Part shown: piece by piece, positions 38,451 to 51,335 of the stretch
Layout: the number at the start of each line of letters is the position of its first letter
Numbering within the stretch: the first letter of the stretch is position 1
Assembly (NCBI GenBank): GCA_030390025.1
Contig: CM059431.1
Span: 141,858,001-141,922,000 of the forward strand
DNA: 64,000 bases
Direction: 5' to 3'
Source: Squalus acanthias
Lineage: Eukaryota
Translations under genes and position numbers: made by a program
Notes under the pieces: generated by a model
What the model saw: the letters and a program-made list of their open reading frames with translations, nothing else
Databases searched by the model: none
What the model was told of the DNA's origin: nothing

Positions 38451-39814
38451 TTATTCTGATTTTCTAACTAATCTCAGAATGAGTGCCCATGGAGATTTTA
38501 TCACCCTCTTCAGCTCTTCTCTGAATTTCCTCTGGGTCGCTACATAAATGCACGGGTTTTGAAAGCAACTCAAAAACTTCAACATTGTTCCGGTTTCAGT
38601 GGCGATATATCCAGGGTCTGTGCGGTCACCTCGATAATAGGTGATGTTTGTCAGTCTGGTAGTTACCAAACTTACGGCAGTTGTGAGCCACAACAATATA
38701 AAACTACCCGATATGGTGAGGAGTAAAATGATGGATTTCCTTCGGTTCTCCATCTCTGGATCGCTCTGATTCTCAATCCTGTGGCCCCGGAGTCCCCTGC
38801 GGACTCTACTGGACACTAAAATACGTCTGACTGTCAAATAATTTAACAAGGCAAGTAAAGTAAAAGGAAGCCAAACTACCCAGGCCATTTGAAACCAGAC
38901 GTAAGCTATACCTAGAGGTGAGGAAAAAAAAGCCGCACTGTTCCTGCAGCCCCACTGCACCTTGTTAATTATTTGTTGAGGTTCAAATGCAAACAAAATG
39001 GCGATCTCCTTACAACAATTAGGACCGCGAACGCTGTTATAACTGCGGCCGCAGTTCTCTCGGTGCAATACTTTGTTTTAAACTTCTGGCAGCAGAGAAC
39101 TACAAATCGGTCAAATGTGAAGGAGACGGTGAACCAAACAGACAAATCGAGGTTGACAGCAGTGATGTATAGAATGAACTTACACACGGGAGTGTGGTAC
39201 AGGAATGAAACTGGAAAGTGATACTTTAAAATATGATACACTATTACATTGATTATCAAGGCCAGTAGATCTGCTGTCGCCATGGTCACCATGTAGACAG
39301 AGATGCACTTGGAAAGGCCGCAGTTTCTTCGGAACAGAATAACAATTGTCAGCAAGTTCGCTGTAAGAGAGAGAGAGGAGAGAAATAATGTTCCAGAGTC
39401 TGATTGTAATATATGTGGAGATACCTGTTCACAGCAGTTTACTCCATTCAGTGTGATTATCCACACGGAGCAGTGTGAGAACAGGATTAGTATTGGAGCC
39501 ATTACCTGGGAAACCCACACATTTTAATGAGCTGCTGCAGCGCTCACTCTGCACGGGGGGACTCGACGGTCCAGAAATCCGCTAAAATCCTTGTGCTGAA
39601 GTTTCAAAGAACATTATAACATCAGTAAGGTTATCGGATTTGTTTACTGCTTACATCTAGGAAACTCCTTACCTTATCAAACAGGTTGTATGTACATGAA
39701 TACAATTAACACCGATTAACAACAAACAGGTTACAATGGCTCACCGGGGACACCGACGCCCGCGAGAATCGGGTAGTAAATCTCTTTGATCAGAAGAATA
39801 GTTGGTCGCCACAT
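38451..39814 (-). pseudogene. GPR139-like: GPR139-like GPCR paralog, two exons (39814-39745, 39360-38451), one 1-bp frameshift at about 39010; recent pseudogene or sequencing error (326 aa if corrected)
   Basis: Exon 1 MWRPTILLIKEIYYPILAGVGVP ends G|GTGAG; same acceptor as copy 1. ORFs 38969..39520 and 38451..39068 give the N and C halves; GTA AAG GAG is missing one A. No other disabling change was seen. Confidence 0.85.
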
Positions 39815-40249
39815 TTTCTGTGAGAATGGATGAATTCTGTAGGAGCTGAAAGACTCTGACTGGCGCACGGCTGGGGCAATGGAAGGGAACCAATATTTAT
39901 CCACACGTCAATCCTCCAGCGAGTCAATCGGGTTAAATCAAAATTCGCATCAGTTACAATCATTGAACAAATAGGCTCAGGTAAGTTGTTTTTTATTTGA
40001 TACGCCAGAGTAAGAGAAATATGTGAAATTGGTATTGGACAGTTAAACAATACAAAATGAAAACATTGTTTTTGAGTAGGAAGTGCAATCTCCCAGTACT
40101 AGTGCCGATCCTAGTCCTACAGGCTTGGCGAATGCAGCTCCCAGGCAATAATCGTCATGACCCTGCTATTGATTCATTCCTAGTGCACCAACTCCTGCAG
40201 AACAGGCGGTAAAACAAATCCTGCAATACTGGTGATGAACCCATTCTGA

Positions 40250-42155
40250 CAGCATTAGAGGTGACAGGGCTCCTCCCGTACTAGTGATACCCTACATTTA
40301 GATTAGAGGTGACAGTTCTCCTCCTGTACTACTGGCACCGTACACTTACGCTAGATGTGTCCGTGCTCCTCAGGTACTGTACATTACTAGAGTTGAACGT
40401 GCTGCTACGGTAATAGTGGTAGCACTACACTAACACTACTATTGATAGAACTCCTCCGGTACTAGTGGGAACCCGCCTCATACACTAGATGTGCGTATGA
40501 TCCTCCTGTACAGTGGTACCACTGCACTGACATTAGGTGTGACCGTTCGTCTCCTGTCCCAGTGTTACCGCTGCACTGACATTAGATGTGACCGTTCCCC
40601 ACCTGTCCCAGTGCTACCCCTACACTGACACCAGACGTGACCGTGTCCTTCCTGTTCCAGTGCTGCCCCTACACTTATACTAGATTTGTGCTAGTGCCTT
40701 CGGTAAAAGTGGTATCACTAAAGTTGCACAAATGGTGAACCTTGTCCTCCCGTACTAGTGGGGCCACTACACTGACACTAGTTATGACTGTGTATCTCCG
40801 GTATTATGGGTACCCTACACTTGCACTAGAGGTGACCGTGCTCCTCTGGTACTGGTGGTATGACTGAAATTATACTAGAGGTGGCCGTGCTCCTCTGGCA
40901 CCAGTGGTACCCCTACATTTACATTAGGATTGGCAGTGCTCCTTAGGTTCTAGTGGTACCCCTACACTTACACCAGATGTAATCGTGCTCCTCCCGTACT
41001 TGTGGTCCCCAAAACATATACTTGATGTGAACGTGCTGCTCAAAATGTGGCACTTGCACTATATGTGACCATGCTCCTCAGGTAACCGACACTGACACTA
41101 TATGTGACATTGCTCCTCTGGTACTTGTTGTACATTCACTTATACTAGAGATGAGCATTCACCTCCTGTACTAGTGGCACCCCTACACTTACACTTACAG
41201 TGGCCGTGCTCCTCCTCTACTATTGGTATCCCTACACTTACACTAGAGGTGACCGAGCACCTCCTGTACTAGTGGTATCCCTACACTTACACTAGGGGTG
41301 ACCCTACATTTACACTAGATTGGAGCTTGCTGCTGCAGAAATAGTCGTATCAATAAAATTACCCCTACACTAACACAAGTATTCACCGTGCACATACTAC
41401 ACTAGGGTTACCCCTACACTAACACTAGTATTCACCGCGCACATTCTACACTAGTGTTACCCCTACACTAACGCTAGTATTCACCGTGCACATTCTACAC
41501 TAGTGGTACCCCTACACTAACACTAGTCTGGACCATGCACTTCCTACACTAGTGTTACCCCTACACTAACACTAGTATTCACCGTGCACATCCTACACTA
41601 GTGCTACCCCTACACTAACACTAGTATTAACGTACACATCCTAAACTAGCGGTGCCTCTACACTAACACTAGTGTTGACCGTGCACATCCTACACTCGTG
41701 GTACCCCTAAACTAATACTAGTTTTGACCGTGCTCCTCCTACACTCGTGGTACCCCTACACTAATACTAGTTTTGACGGTGCTCATCCTACACTCGTGGT
41801 ACCCCTACACTAACACGAGAGGTAACCGTGCTCCTCCAGTACAAGTAGCACCGCTACAGTTAAACTAGGTGTCAGCATGTTACTCTTGTATTAACGGTAC
41901 CCCTACAATTACACTAGAGATAATAATGCTCCTCGGATACTGGTGGTACTCCGACATTTACACTAATAGTGTCCGTGCTCCTTCAGTAGCTGTTGGAACC
42001 CTATACATACACTAGAAGTGTACCTGCTCCTCCGGTATGAGTGTTACGCCTGCACCTACACTAGTGGTTAACGAGCTTGTCCTGTACTCGTGGTTTCCTA
42101 CACTTCCACCAGCGATAATGCTGAATCTACGGTACTAGTGGTAACCTTACACTTA
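40250..42155. repeat. 49-bp minisatellite (CCCTACACTTACACTAGAGGTGACCGTGCTCCTCCTGTACTAGTGGTAC)n, inverted homolog of the 48-bp array
   Basis: 49-bp period (41181/41230; 41361/41410/41459/41508); the reverse complement aligns to the 48-bp unit; locally homogenised variant block at about 41360-41820. Confidence 0.9.
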
Positions 42156-42159
42156 ACAA

Positions 42160-43030
42160 TAACAAAAACTTTATTTTTATAGTGCCTTTAACGTAGTAAA
42201 ACTTCCCAATGGGCTTCACAGGAGCTTTACCAAACAACAATTGACACCAAGCCATATAGGGATATATTAGTTCAGATAACCAAAATCTTGAGCAAAGAGG
42301 TAGGTTTTAACGAGCGTCTTAAAGGAGGAACGAGAAGTAGAGAGGAGGAGAGGTTCAGGGAGGGAATTCCAGAGCTTAGGATCTTGGCAGCTGAAGGCAC
42401 GGCTGCCAAATTAAAATTAGCGAAGCTCAAGAGGCCGGAATTGGGGAAGCACAGATATCTCGGAGATTTCTGGGGATGGAGGAGATTACAGAGATAGGGA
42501 GGGGCCAGGCCATGTAGCGATTTCAGAACAAGGATGAGAATTTTAAAATCGAGGCGTTTCTTAACCGGGAGCCAATGTTGGTCAGCGAGCACAGCGATAA
42601 TGTGTGAACGGGGCTTAGTGCGAGTTAGGACAGGGGCAGCAGCGTTTTGGATGACCTCAAGTTAACGGAAATTAGAACGTCGGAGAGTTGCCAGGCGTGC
42701 GTTGTAATAGACAGGTCTAGAGGTAAGCAAGCCATGGGTTCTGTCGGAGATGAGCTGAGACAGGGGCTTCGTCGGGGGATGTTCTAGAGGTGGAAATAGG
42801 CGGTCTTAGTGATGGTGCGGTTATGTGGTAGGAAGCTCATCTCGGGGTCAACTATGACACCAGGTTTGCAAACTGTCTAGATTAGCCTCAAATATTTGCC
42901 AGAGTGAGGAATGGAGTCCGGCGCTAGGGAACGGTTTTCATGGTGGAGACCGAAGAAAATGACTTTGGACTTCCATATATTTAGTTGGAGGAAATTTCTA
43001 CTCATCCAGTAATGGATGTCGGACAAGCAG
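42160..43030 (-). mobile_element. L2 LINE 3' fragment
   Basis: LADQHWLPVKKRLDFKILILVLKSLHGLAPPYLCNLL is a typical L2 ORF2 C-terminus. Confidence 0.8.
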
Positions 43031-43174
43031 TTTGTGTTCCACACGAGCCACCAACCACGCTACTTCATGTAAACCCAGCAGCATGTCATTTTTTTCCTTT
43101 CTCTCTCATGTACTTATCCAGCTTGCACTTAAAAGCATCTAAGCTATTTACCTCAATTATTCCATATAGGAACA

Positions 43175-45470
43175 TAAGAACATAAGAAATAAGAGCAGGA
43201 GTAGGCCATACGACCCCTCGAGCTTGCTCCGCCATTCAATATGGTCATTGCTGATCATCGACAAAAAACTCCACTTTCCCGCCGGATCTCCATATCGCTT
43301 GATTCCCCTAGAGACCATAAATCTATCTATCTCAGCCTTGAATATACTCAAAGACTCAGCATTCACATCCTCTGGGACAGAGAATTCCAAAGATTCACAA
43401 CACTATGAGCGAAGAAATTCCTCCTCATCTCAGTCTTAAATGGCCGACCCCTTATCCTGAGACTATCCCCTCGCTCCCCGTAACCCTTAATGCCCTTTAC
43501 TTCTAGGAAACTGTCTATTTCTGTTTTAAATTTAATTAATGTTGTAGCTTCTACAGCTTTTTGTGGCAGCATATTCCATGGACCTACCACCCTCTGAGTG
43601 AAGTAGTTCCTCCTCATCTCAGTTTTGAAAGAGCAGCCCCTTATTCTAAGACTATGTCCCCTAGTTCTCGTCTCACCCGTCATCGGGAACATCCTCCCCG
43701 CATCCACCCGATCCAACCCCTTCACAATCTTATATGTTTCAATAAGATCGCCTCTCATTCTTCTGAACTCCAATGAGTAGAGTCCCAATCTACCCAACCT
43801 CTCCTCATATGACCACCCCCTCATCCCCGGGATTAACCGAGTGAACCTTTTTTGCACTGCCTCGAGAGCAAGGATGTCTTTCCTTAAGTAAGGACACCAA
43901 AACTGTATGCAGTATTCCAGGTGCGGTCTCACCAATACCTTGTACAACTGAAGCAATACCTCCCTATTTTTATATTCTATCCACCTAGCAATGAAATCCA
44001 ACATTCCATTTGCCTTCTTAATCACTTGCTGCACCTGCATACTAACCTTTTGAGTTTCGTGCACCAGGACCCCCAGATCCCTTTGCACTTCAGTACTCTC
44101 CAGTTTCTTGCCATTAAGATAATAAATTGCTCTAGGATTTTTCCTGCCAAAGTGCATCACCTCACACTTTCCAGTGTTGTATTCCATCTGCCAAATCTCT
44201 GCCCACTTACTTAGCCTGTCTATGTCCCCTTGCAGGTTTTTTATGTCCTCCTCACTCACTACTTTCCCTCCCATCTTTGTATCATCTGCAAATTTTGATA
44301 TGTTACACTTGGTCCCTTCCTCCAAATCGTTAATATAGATTGTGAAGAGTTGGGGACCCAGCACTGACCCCTGTGGAACACCACTAGTTACTGATTGCCA
44401 GTCTGAGAATGAACCATTTATCCCAACTCTTTGCTTTCTGTTAGATAGCCAATCCTCTATCCATGCCAGAATGTTCTAGACACTCCAGACAGGGGAAACA
44501 ACCTCTCAAGATCTGCCCTGTCAATCCCCTTCAGAATCGTGTATGTTTCAATGACAGCACCTCTCATTCTTCTAAACTCCAGAGAGTATAAGCCCATTCT
44601 ACACAATCTTTCGTCATAGGACAGCCCTCTCATCCCAGGAATCAATCTAGTGAACGTTCGTTCCACCGCCTCCAAGGCAAGTATATCCTTCCTTAGATAA
44701 GGAGACCAAAACTGTGCACAGTTCTCCAGGAGTGGTCTCACCAAGGCCCTGTACAATTGTAGCAGGACTTCCTTTCTCTTATACTCCAACCCCCTTGCAA
44801 TAAAGGACAACATGCCATTTGCCTTCCTTATTGCTTGCTGTACCTGCATGCTAGCTTTCTGTATTTCTTGCATGAGGACACCCAAATCTCTCTGAACACC
44901 AACATTTGAAAGTTTCTCCCCATTTAAAAAAATTCTGCTTTTCTATTCTTCCTACCAAAGTGAATCACCTCACATTTCCTTACACTATACTCATCTGCCA
45001 CCTTTATGCCCACTCACTTAGTTTAACCTTTACAGACTCTTTGTGTTCTCCTCACAGCTTAATGTCCCACCTAGCTTTGTATCATCAGCAAACTGGGATA
45101 TATTACACTCGGTCTCTTCATCTAGGTTATTAAATATAGATTGTAAATAGCTGAGGCCCTAACATTGATCCTTGCTGCACCCCACTAGTTACAGTCTGCC
45201 AACCTGAAAAAGATCCGTTTATCCCTACCCTCTGCTTTCTGTCCGTTAACCAATCCTCTATCCACGCTATTATATTACCCCCAACCCCATGAGCCCTAAT
45301 CTTGTGTAATAACCTTTTCTGTGGCACCTTATCGAATGCCTTTTGGAAATCCAAATATACTACATCCACTGGTTCCCCTTTATCTACCCTGCTAGTTACA
45401 TCCTCAAAAAACACTAATACATTTGTCAAACACGATTTCCCTTTCATAAAACCATGTTGACTCTGCCTAT
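43175..45470 (-). mobile_element. Nested or chimeric CR1 LINE 3' regions, including an uninterrupted 333-codon ORF (43363..44364)
   Basis: LGPQLFTIYINDL...FADDTK...LVRPHLEYC; outer copy in ORFs 44457..44885 and 45130..45447; (CATAAGAA)n tail at about 43175. Confidence 0.92.
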
Positions 45471-47414
45471 AGTAGCGGGTTCCACATGCTCACAACTCTC
45501 AGAGTAAATACGTTTCTCCTGAATTCCCTGTTGGATTTATTAGTGAAGATCCAATGCGGTCCCTAGTTTAGGATATCCCAGCAAGTGGAAACATATTCTC
45601 TACACCTACCCTATCAAAGCCCTTCTTAAGTTTAAATAACTCTATCAGGTCACCCAACAGCCTTCTCTTTTCTAGAGAAAAGAGCCCCAGCCTGTTAAAT
45701 TTTTCCTGATACTTATAAACTCACATTTCTGTTATAAGTCTTGTAAATATTTGTTGAAAATTTTCCAGTGACTCTCTATCATTTTTGTATTACGTCTACA
45801 TCGTCGGGACACCCCACCTTGCCCAAAATATTTCTCCTTATTTAATTGTACTAAAAATGATAGGAAACCATTCTGTGTGCTTTCCTATTTTGATAACCCG
45901 CAGTTCCCCTGCCGATTTTATTACAATTATGGGCTCTTTCATCCCAGCCTCTTCCCTCTCCTCAGTGGGCCTTCAGCACCAGGCGGTTGTGAGCTGATTG
46001 ACTGATGCCTTCCAGCACGCTTCTTGTGGGACTGAGGCGGAACTTCCTTATGCAAGGTGTTGGGTTGTTTCCCCTTTCAGAAGAAAGTGCAGAGTGTGAA
46101 GCCAGTCCGCTTGGCGTTATCTGAAATGTAACCCAGGGGCCAGAAAGCGAAGCTTAATGTGGGTGATAACAGGGACAGAAAGCAAGCAATAAGCGTCATG
46201 TGAGTCTTCCACTGGTTTCTGACATGTCGGCCTGTCTGGAAAGGATGGGGTGGGCTGAAGCGTATTGAGGAACCTCATGCACATTGCTACCCAGCTCTCT
46301 GGTGATCAATGAAATGAGGCCCGGGGGTTGGCAAAATTGAACATGGTTATTATAGCGCACTGTTACATGGGTCACTGACTCCTGTTACCTTGGCTGCTCC
46401 GGGGAGTTCACTGATCATCGCCTGGCTTTCAGTAGCCATTGTATTGTAAAATTGGTAGTTGACAATATTTCTTTGGTCCACTCACCACATCCTCCCAGCC
46501 CGACAGCCGCCCACTCAATGCCCATTTATTTATATTGTTTGGACTACAGAAAACCTCACGGTGCTTTGCTCTGAGTGTTATGGATCCACTGGCAGTGGGC
46601 TGGGTTCTAGTGACTGAATTGGGTCCGTTACATCACTGCATGTGATTGACCAATAAACGGGGGCTCTCGGTTTTCTTACCACTACGCGGGGTTTCAGTGC
46701 AAACTCTTTCTTTCCCTCTGGCAAGGGAAGGGCATGCGCTCTTTATACAGAACAGTCGGATATTCAGCATAACACCGCGAGCTGGAGCTGGCACCATCCA
46801 AAGGGGGAGTGTTCTCCACATCTGGATCCTTCCCCTCACGCTCCCGTTTATGGTCAGGGCTAACGTTGCTCCGTTGGTCAATCAGGGGTTTATTCTCCCT
46901 CAGCTAGTAGATAATCTGGACAATGAGATATTAAAGGGAGGCGTCACATTCCTCCCCCTCGTTTTTATCATTACAGCAACCCATTTCGGAGCCAATACTT
47001 TCCGTCATGTGTACAGCGCAGATTGAGTCCAGCCTGACATGGTGAACTCTGTAGGGAGCAGTTGAGGGCCCATTAGTTGAGAACAGTCACTAAGCTGTGA
47101 CACTCTCTGTCCCAGTGCTGACTGCAGATGAACGCGTTGTGAATCGGGGTCAGATTCCTTTTCTGCGCTGAACCAGGAGATTGTGATGATCGGCGGTTCA
47201 GTCCCACTAATGGAATCAGTACAACCCAACCCCACGGATCATTGTAAATTGACCGAACCACCTAGATACATGTGAGTGACGGGATTGGCCAGAATGGACT
47301 GGTTATGACAAGAGAATCATCACCACAGCTCAACCCCACTGATCATTGTACATGGACCGAACAATCTAGATATGTGTGAGTGAGGGATTCGCCAGGATAG
47401 GCTGCTCATTACAA

Positions 47415-48985
47415 AAACAACAACGTTCATTTATGTAGCGCATTTAAATTACTAAAATACCCCAAGGCACGTCACATGAGCGGGATCAGGCAAAATAGGA
47501 TAGCGAACGAAAGAAGGAGCCATGAGGACAGGTGACCAAAAGCGGGGTCAGAGGTAGGTTCTCAGGAGAGTCTTAAAGGAGAGAAATTGAGAGTCTTAGG
47601 GAGGGGATTCCAGAGTTTAGGGCCTAGACAGCTAAAGGCACCTCCTCCAGTGATGGGGAGAAGGAAGTGGAGGATAGACAAGAGGCCTGAGAATGAGCAA
47701 TGCACAGTTCTCGGAGGATCGTAGGGCTGGAGGAGGTTACACAGATTGGGAGCGGCGAGGCCATGAGGGATTTGAACAGGAGAATGAGAATTTTAAAATC
47801 GAGCCGTTGCTGGAACAGGATCCGATGTAGTTCACCGAACAGAGGGTGATGTGTGAATGGGACTTGGTGCGAGTTCGGTTCTGGGCAGCAGAGTTTCGGG
47901 TGAGCTGCACAGTTTATGGAGGGTGGAAGATGGGAGTCGGGACAGGATAGCATTGGATAAACCAGGTCTGGAGGCGGCAAATCCTGGAGGGATTCAGCGG
48001 CAGAAGGGGCGGAGCTTGGTGACGTTACACGGTCTTTGTGATGGAGACGATCTGGTGTCAGAAGGTCAGCTCAGGGTCAAATGGGAGGCCGAGAATGTGA
48101 ACCGTCTGTTTCAGGCTGAGACATTCGCCAGGGAGGGAGATGGAGCCGGTGGCGAGAGAACGGAGTTTATCACTGGGACAAAGACAATGGATTCAGTCTG
48201 CCAATATTTAATTGAAGGAAATGTTGACTCATCCAGGACCGCATGTCAGTCAATACTTTCATATCACAGAATCAGTGGAGGTGTGGAGAGAGCTGTTACT
48301 GAGGTAGAGAGATGCGTCATCAGTGGATATATGGATGAAGTCGCTAAGGGGCAGAATATAGATAGACGGGCGAAAGAATATAACCTTCGGGGACTCCAGA
48401 GGTAACGGTGTGAAAGCTCGAATATAAGGCATTGCAGGATATTCTCTGGCTGTGACTGCATAGGGAGCAGTGGGACCAGGTGACTGCAGTTCACTCAGCT
48501 GGAAAATGGAGGAGTGGGGTTGGAGAAAGATGGTGTCGTCAACCGTGTCAAAGCCGGGAAGAATGACAATGGAAAATGCGTCATGGTGACAGTCCCATAA
48601 GAATATCATTTGTGACATCAATAAGGACGGTTTCAATGCAGTGACAAGGGCAGAAACCTGACTGGAAAAATTCAAACATGGAGTTGCCAGAAAGATCTGG
48701 GAGACGGCTATAAGTTCAAGGAGAGGAAAAGGAGGTTGGAAATGTGGCGGATGTTTGAAAAGACAGAGGTTCAATTGTGGAATTGTTAGGTTGGTGCGAT
48801 GACGGCAGATTTGAAAGGGTGTGAACAGTGCCAGAGCTGAGAGAACCGTTCATAACATCAGCCAAGCATGAGATCTAGAAAGGGAAGCTGGGTGATCAGC
48901 AATTTAGTGGGAATCGGGTTGGGAGAGCACGAGGTGCGGCTTGTGGACAAATTGAGCTTGGAGAGGACACAACGGGAAATAGGGA
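47415..48985 (-). mobile_element. L2 LINE, decayed RT to 3' end
   Basis: RLDFKILILLFKSL, GFDTVDDTIFL, STDDASLYLS (YADD-like) and PIPTKLL. Confidence 0.75.
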
Positions 48986-49445
48986 AGCTCGACACCATCC
49001 AGGACAAAGCAGGCCGCTTGATTGGCACCTCATCCACCACCTTAGCATTCACTCCCTCCACCACCGGCGTACCGTGGCTGCAGTGTGTACCATGTACAAG
49101 ATGCACTACAGCAACTCGCCAAGGCATCTTCGGCAGCAGCTCCCAAACCCACGACCTCTTCCACCTAGAAGGACAAGGGCAGCAGGTGCATGGGAACACT
49201 ACTACCTCGAAGTTCCCCTCCAAGTCACACATCATCTTGACTTAGAAATATATCGCCGATTCTTCATCGTCGCTGGGTCAAAATCCTGGAAATCCCTATC
49301 TAACAGCACTGTGGGAGTACCTTCACGACACGGACTGCAGCTGTTGAAGAAGGCGGCTCACCACCACCTTCTCGAGGGCAATTAGGGACGGGCAGTATAT
49401 GCTGGCCTTCCCAGCAACGCCTCATCCCATAAAAAACGAATAAAT
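48986..49445 (+). mobile_element. LINE 3' end fragment (CR1/L2 group)
   Basis: KLDTIQDKAGRLIG, VAAVCTMYKMH and FIVAGSKSWKSL peptides; A-rich end with AATAAA. Confidence 0.65.
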
Positions 49446-50871
49446 CAATGCTAATGCAAAGGGAGAAAACAAATCATCCCCCAAACAAAGGAATTAGAAT
49501 CACATTGAAATGACAACATGATAGAGGCCAGTTTATCCAAACAGCCGTGTTGTTTGTACATGATCAGTATTCCTAATCCCATGTGACCACCGTGTTCCCA
49601 TGTAACATTATCCGCCTTTCATTCAAACAGCTATCTAATATATTCTTAAGTGTTGATTTTTTTTAAATAACTCTGATTTGGCCAATTACTGGCCATCAAA
49701 GTTGCCATAAGATGTTAGTCTTGGGCCTTCTTCTTGAACCACTGGTAAAAGTTTGATACAACTTGTTGTGCTAGGGCACTTCAGAGGCCAGTTGACAGTG
49801 AATTACGTTGGTGTGAGGTATGCTCCAGACTGGGTAAGGACGGCAGGTTTCCTTCACTAACGAACATCAGTGAGTCAATTGAATGTTTTAAGGAAATCTA
49901 CCAGGTTCACTTTTACTGATACTCGCTTTCTTATTTTTTACAAATTGTATTAAAAACTGAATTAAAGTTCTCAAACTGTCACGGTGAGATTTCAACTCAC
50001 GTTCTTCAAATTGTTAGTTCAGGTATCGGTGTTATCAGTCCAATAACAGACCCACTGCACATGGGCTCTGCTTCAGTCAGTAAATCTGGTCGCGTGTTCC
50101 ACAGCCAAACAACACTCCGAATAAAAAATAAAACCTGCTCTCTGTGGTAATTCCCGAGTATTTAATCTATTATCTCTGTACTCTAATTCTAGGCATCTGA
50201 AGCAACAAGAAAATCCTGCTGCTATCTGCTCTCTACAATCATTTTCATATCTTGAAACATCTACATCAAATTACCCCATAATCTGCTCTGATCTAACGAA
50301 AACAGGCCTGATTTTTCATGTCGTTCTCGGTATTTCTTTTCCCCGATACCAGGCAGCAGCTCAATGAATCTGTGCTCTCTCATCTCTCTTGCCTCAGCAG
50401 CCCACGTAAATTCTGCAGCACCAAAATGCACATAGAACTGCAGCTGTTGTCTCACTAACGATTTACACAGATTCACCATTACATCTGTACATTAATAGTC
50501 TACGCCTCTTCCTATAACACCCAATAATGCATTAGCTGTTTTAAAGCTATATCCAGTTGAGGTGCTGTTACAAAATCCTTATGGACATAATCCCCCACCC
50601 CAAACCAAATGCTCTTCCAAATCATGCAGCTTTTCCCATGCAAGGAATAAATACATTATTTGACAAAGATGCCAGCTCACATTTACTGACACTCAGTTCC
50701 AAATTGCATTTTCCCCAATTCAGGTCTCTTATCAATGTCCCTTTACAGCTTCCTTTGCTTCTCAGAATGATTTACTGTCCCTTCTATGTCAGTATCCATC
50801 ACTCTCTCAAACTAAATATACGAATTGCTCTGGATGAACAGGAAGGACGACTTTAAGATCCTCTGGAGGAG

Positions 50872-51335
50872 GCTGTGGCCCAGTGGGAATGGTCATTTCT
50901 CCATATTTACCGTTACACAGTGAAGCTCGGTGTTGGTACAGTGTCAGCCGGGGCTTGGTGGGAATGGTCATTTCTCTATATTTACCGTTACACAGTGATG
51001 TTAGGTGTAGGTACAGTGTCAGCCGGGGCTCGGTGGGAATGGTCATTTCTCTATATTTACCGTTACACAGTGATGTTAGGTGTAGGTACAGTGTCAGCCG
51101 GGGCTCGGTGGGAATGGTCATTTCTCTATATTTACCGTTACACAGTGATGCTCGGTGTAGGTACAGTGTCAGCCGGGGCTCGGTGGGAATGGTCATTTCT
51201 CTATATTTACCGTTACACAGTGATGTTAGGTGCAGGTACAGTGCCAGCCGTAGCTCGGTGGGAATGGTCATTTCTCCATATTTACTGTTACACAGTGATG
51301 CTATGTATAGCTACAGTGTCAGCCGGGGCTCGGTG
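50872..51335. repeat. 75-bp tandem repeat, about 6 units, containing a SINE 5' head
   Basis: GTGGGAATGGTCATTTCT at 50883, 50958, 51033 and onward; 25-aa periodic ORFs. Confidence 0.92.

Noticed and set aside
39361..39520. N-terminal extension MWVSQVMAP… of GPCR copy 2
   Set aside because: It is intron sequence ending in the polypyrimidine tract, and the equivalent frame is not open in copy 1.
46126..46632. Possible solo LTR (TGTAAC…GTTACA)
   Set aside because: The flanks do not form a target-site duplication, and no PBS, polypurine tract or second copy is visible.
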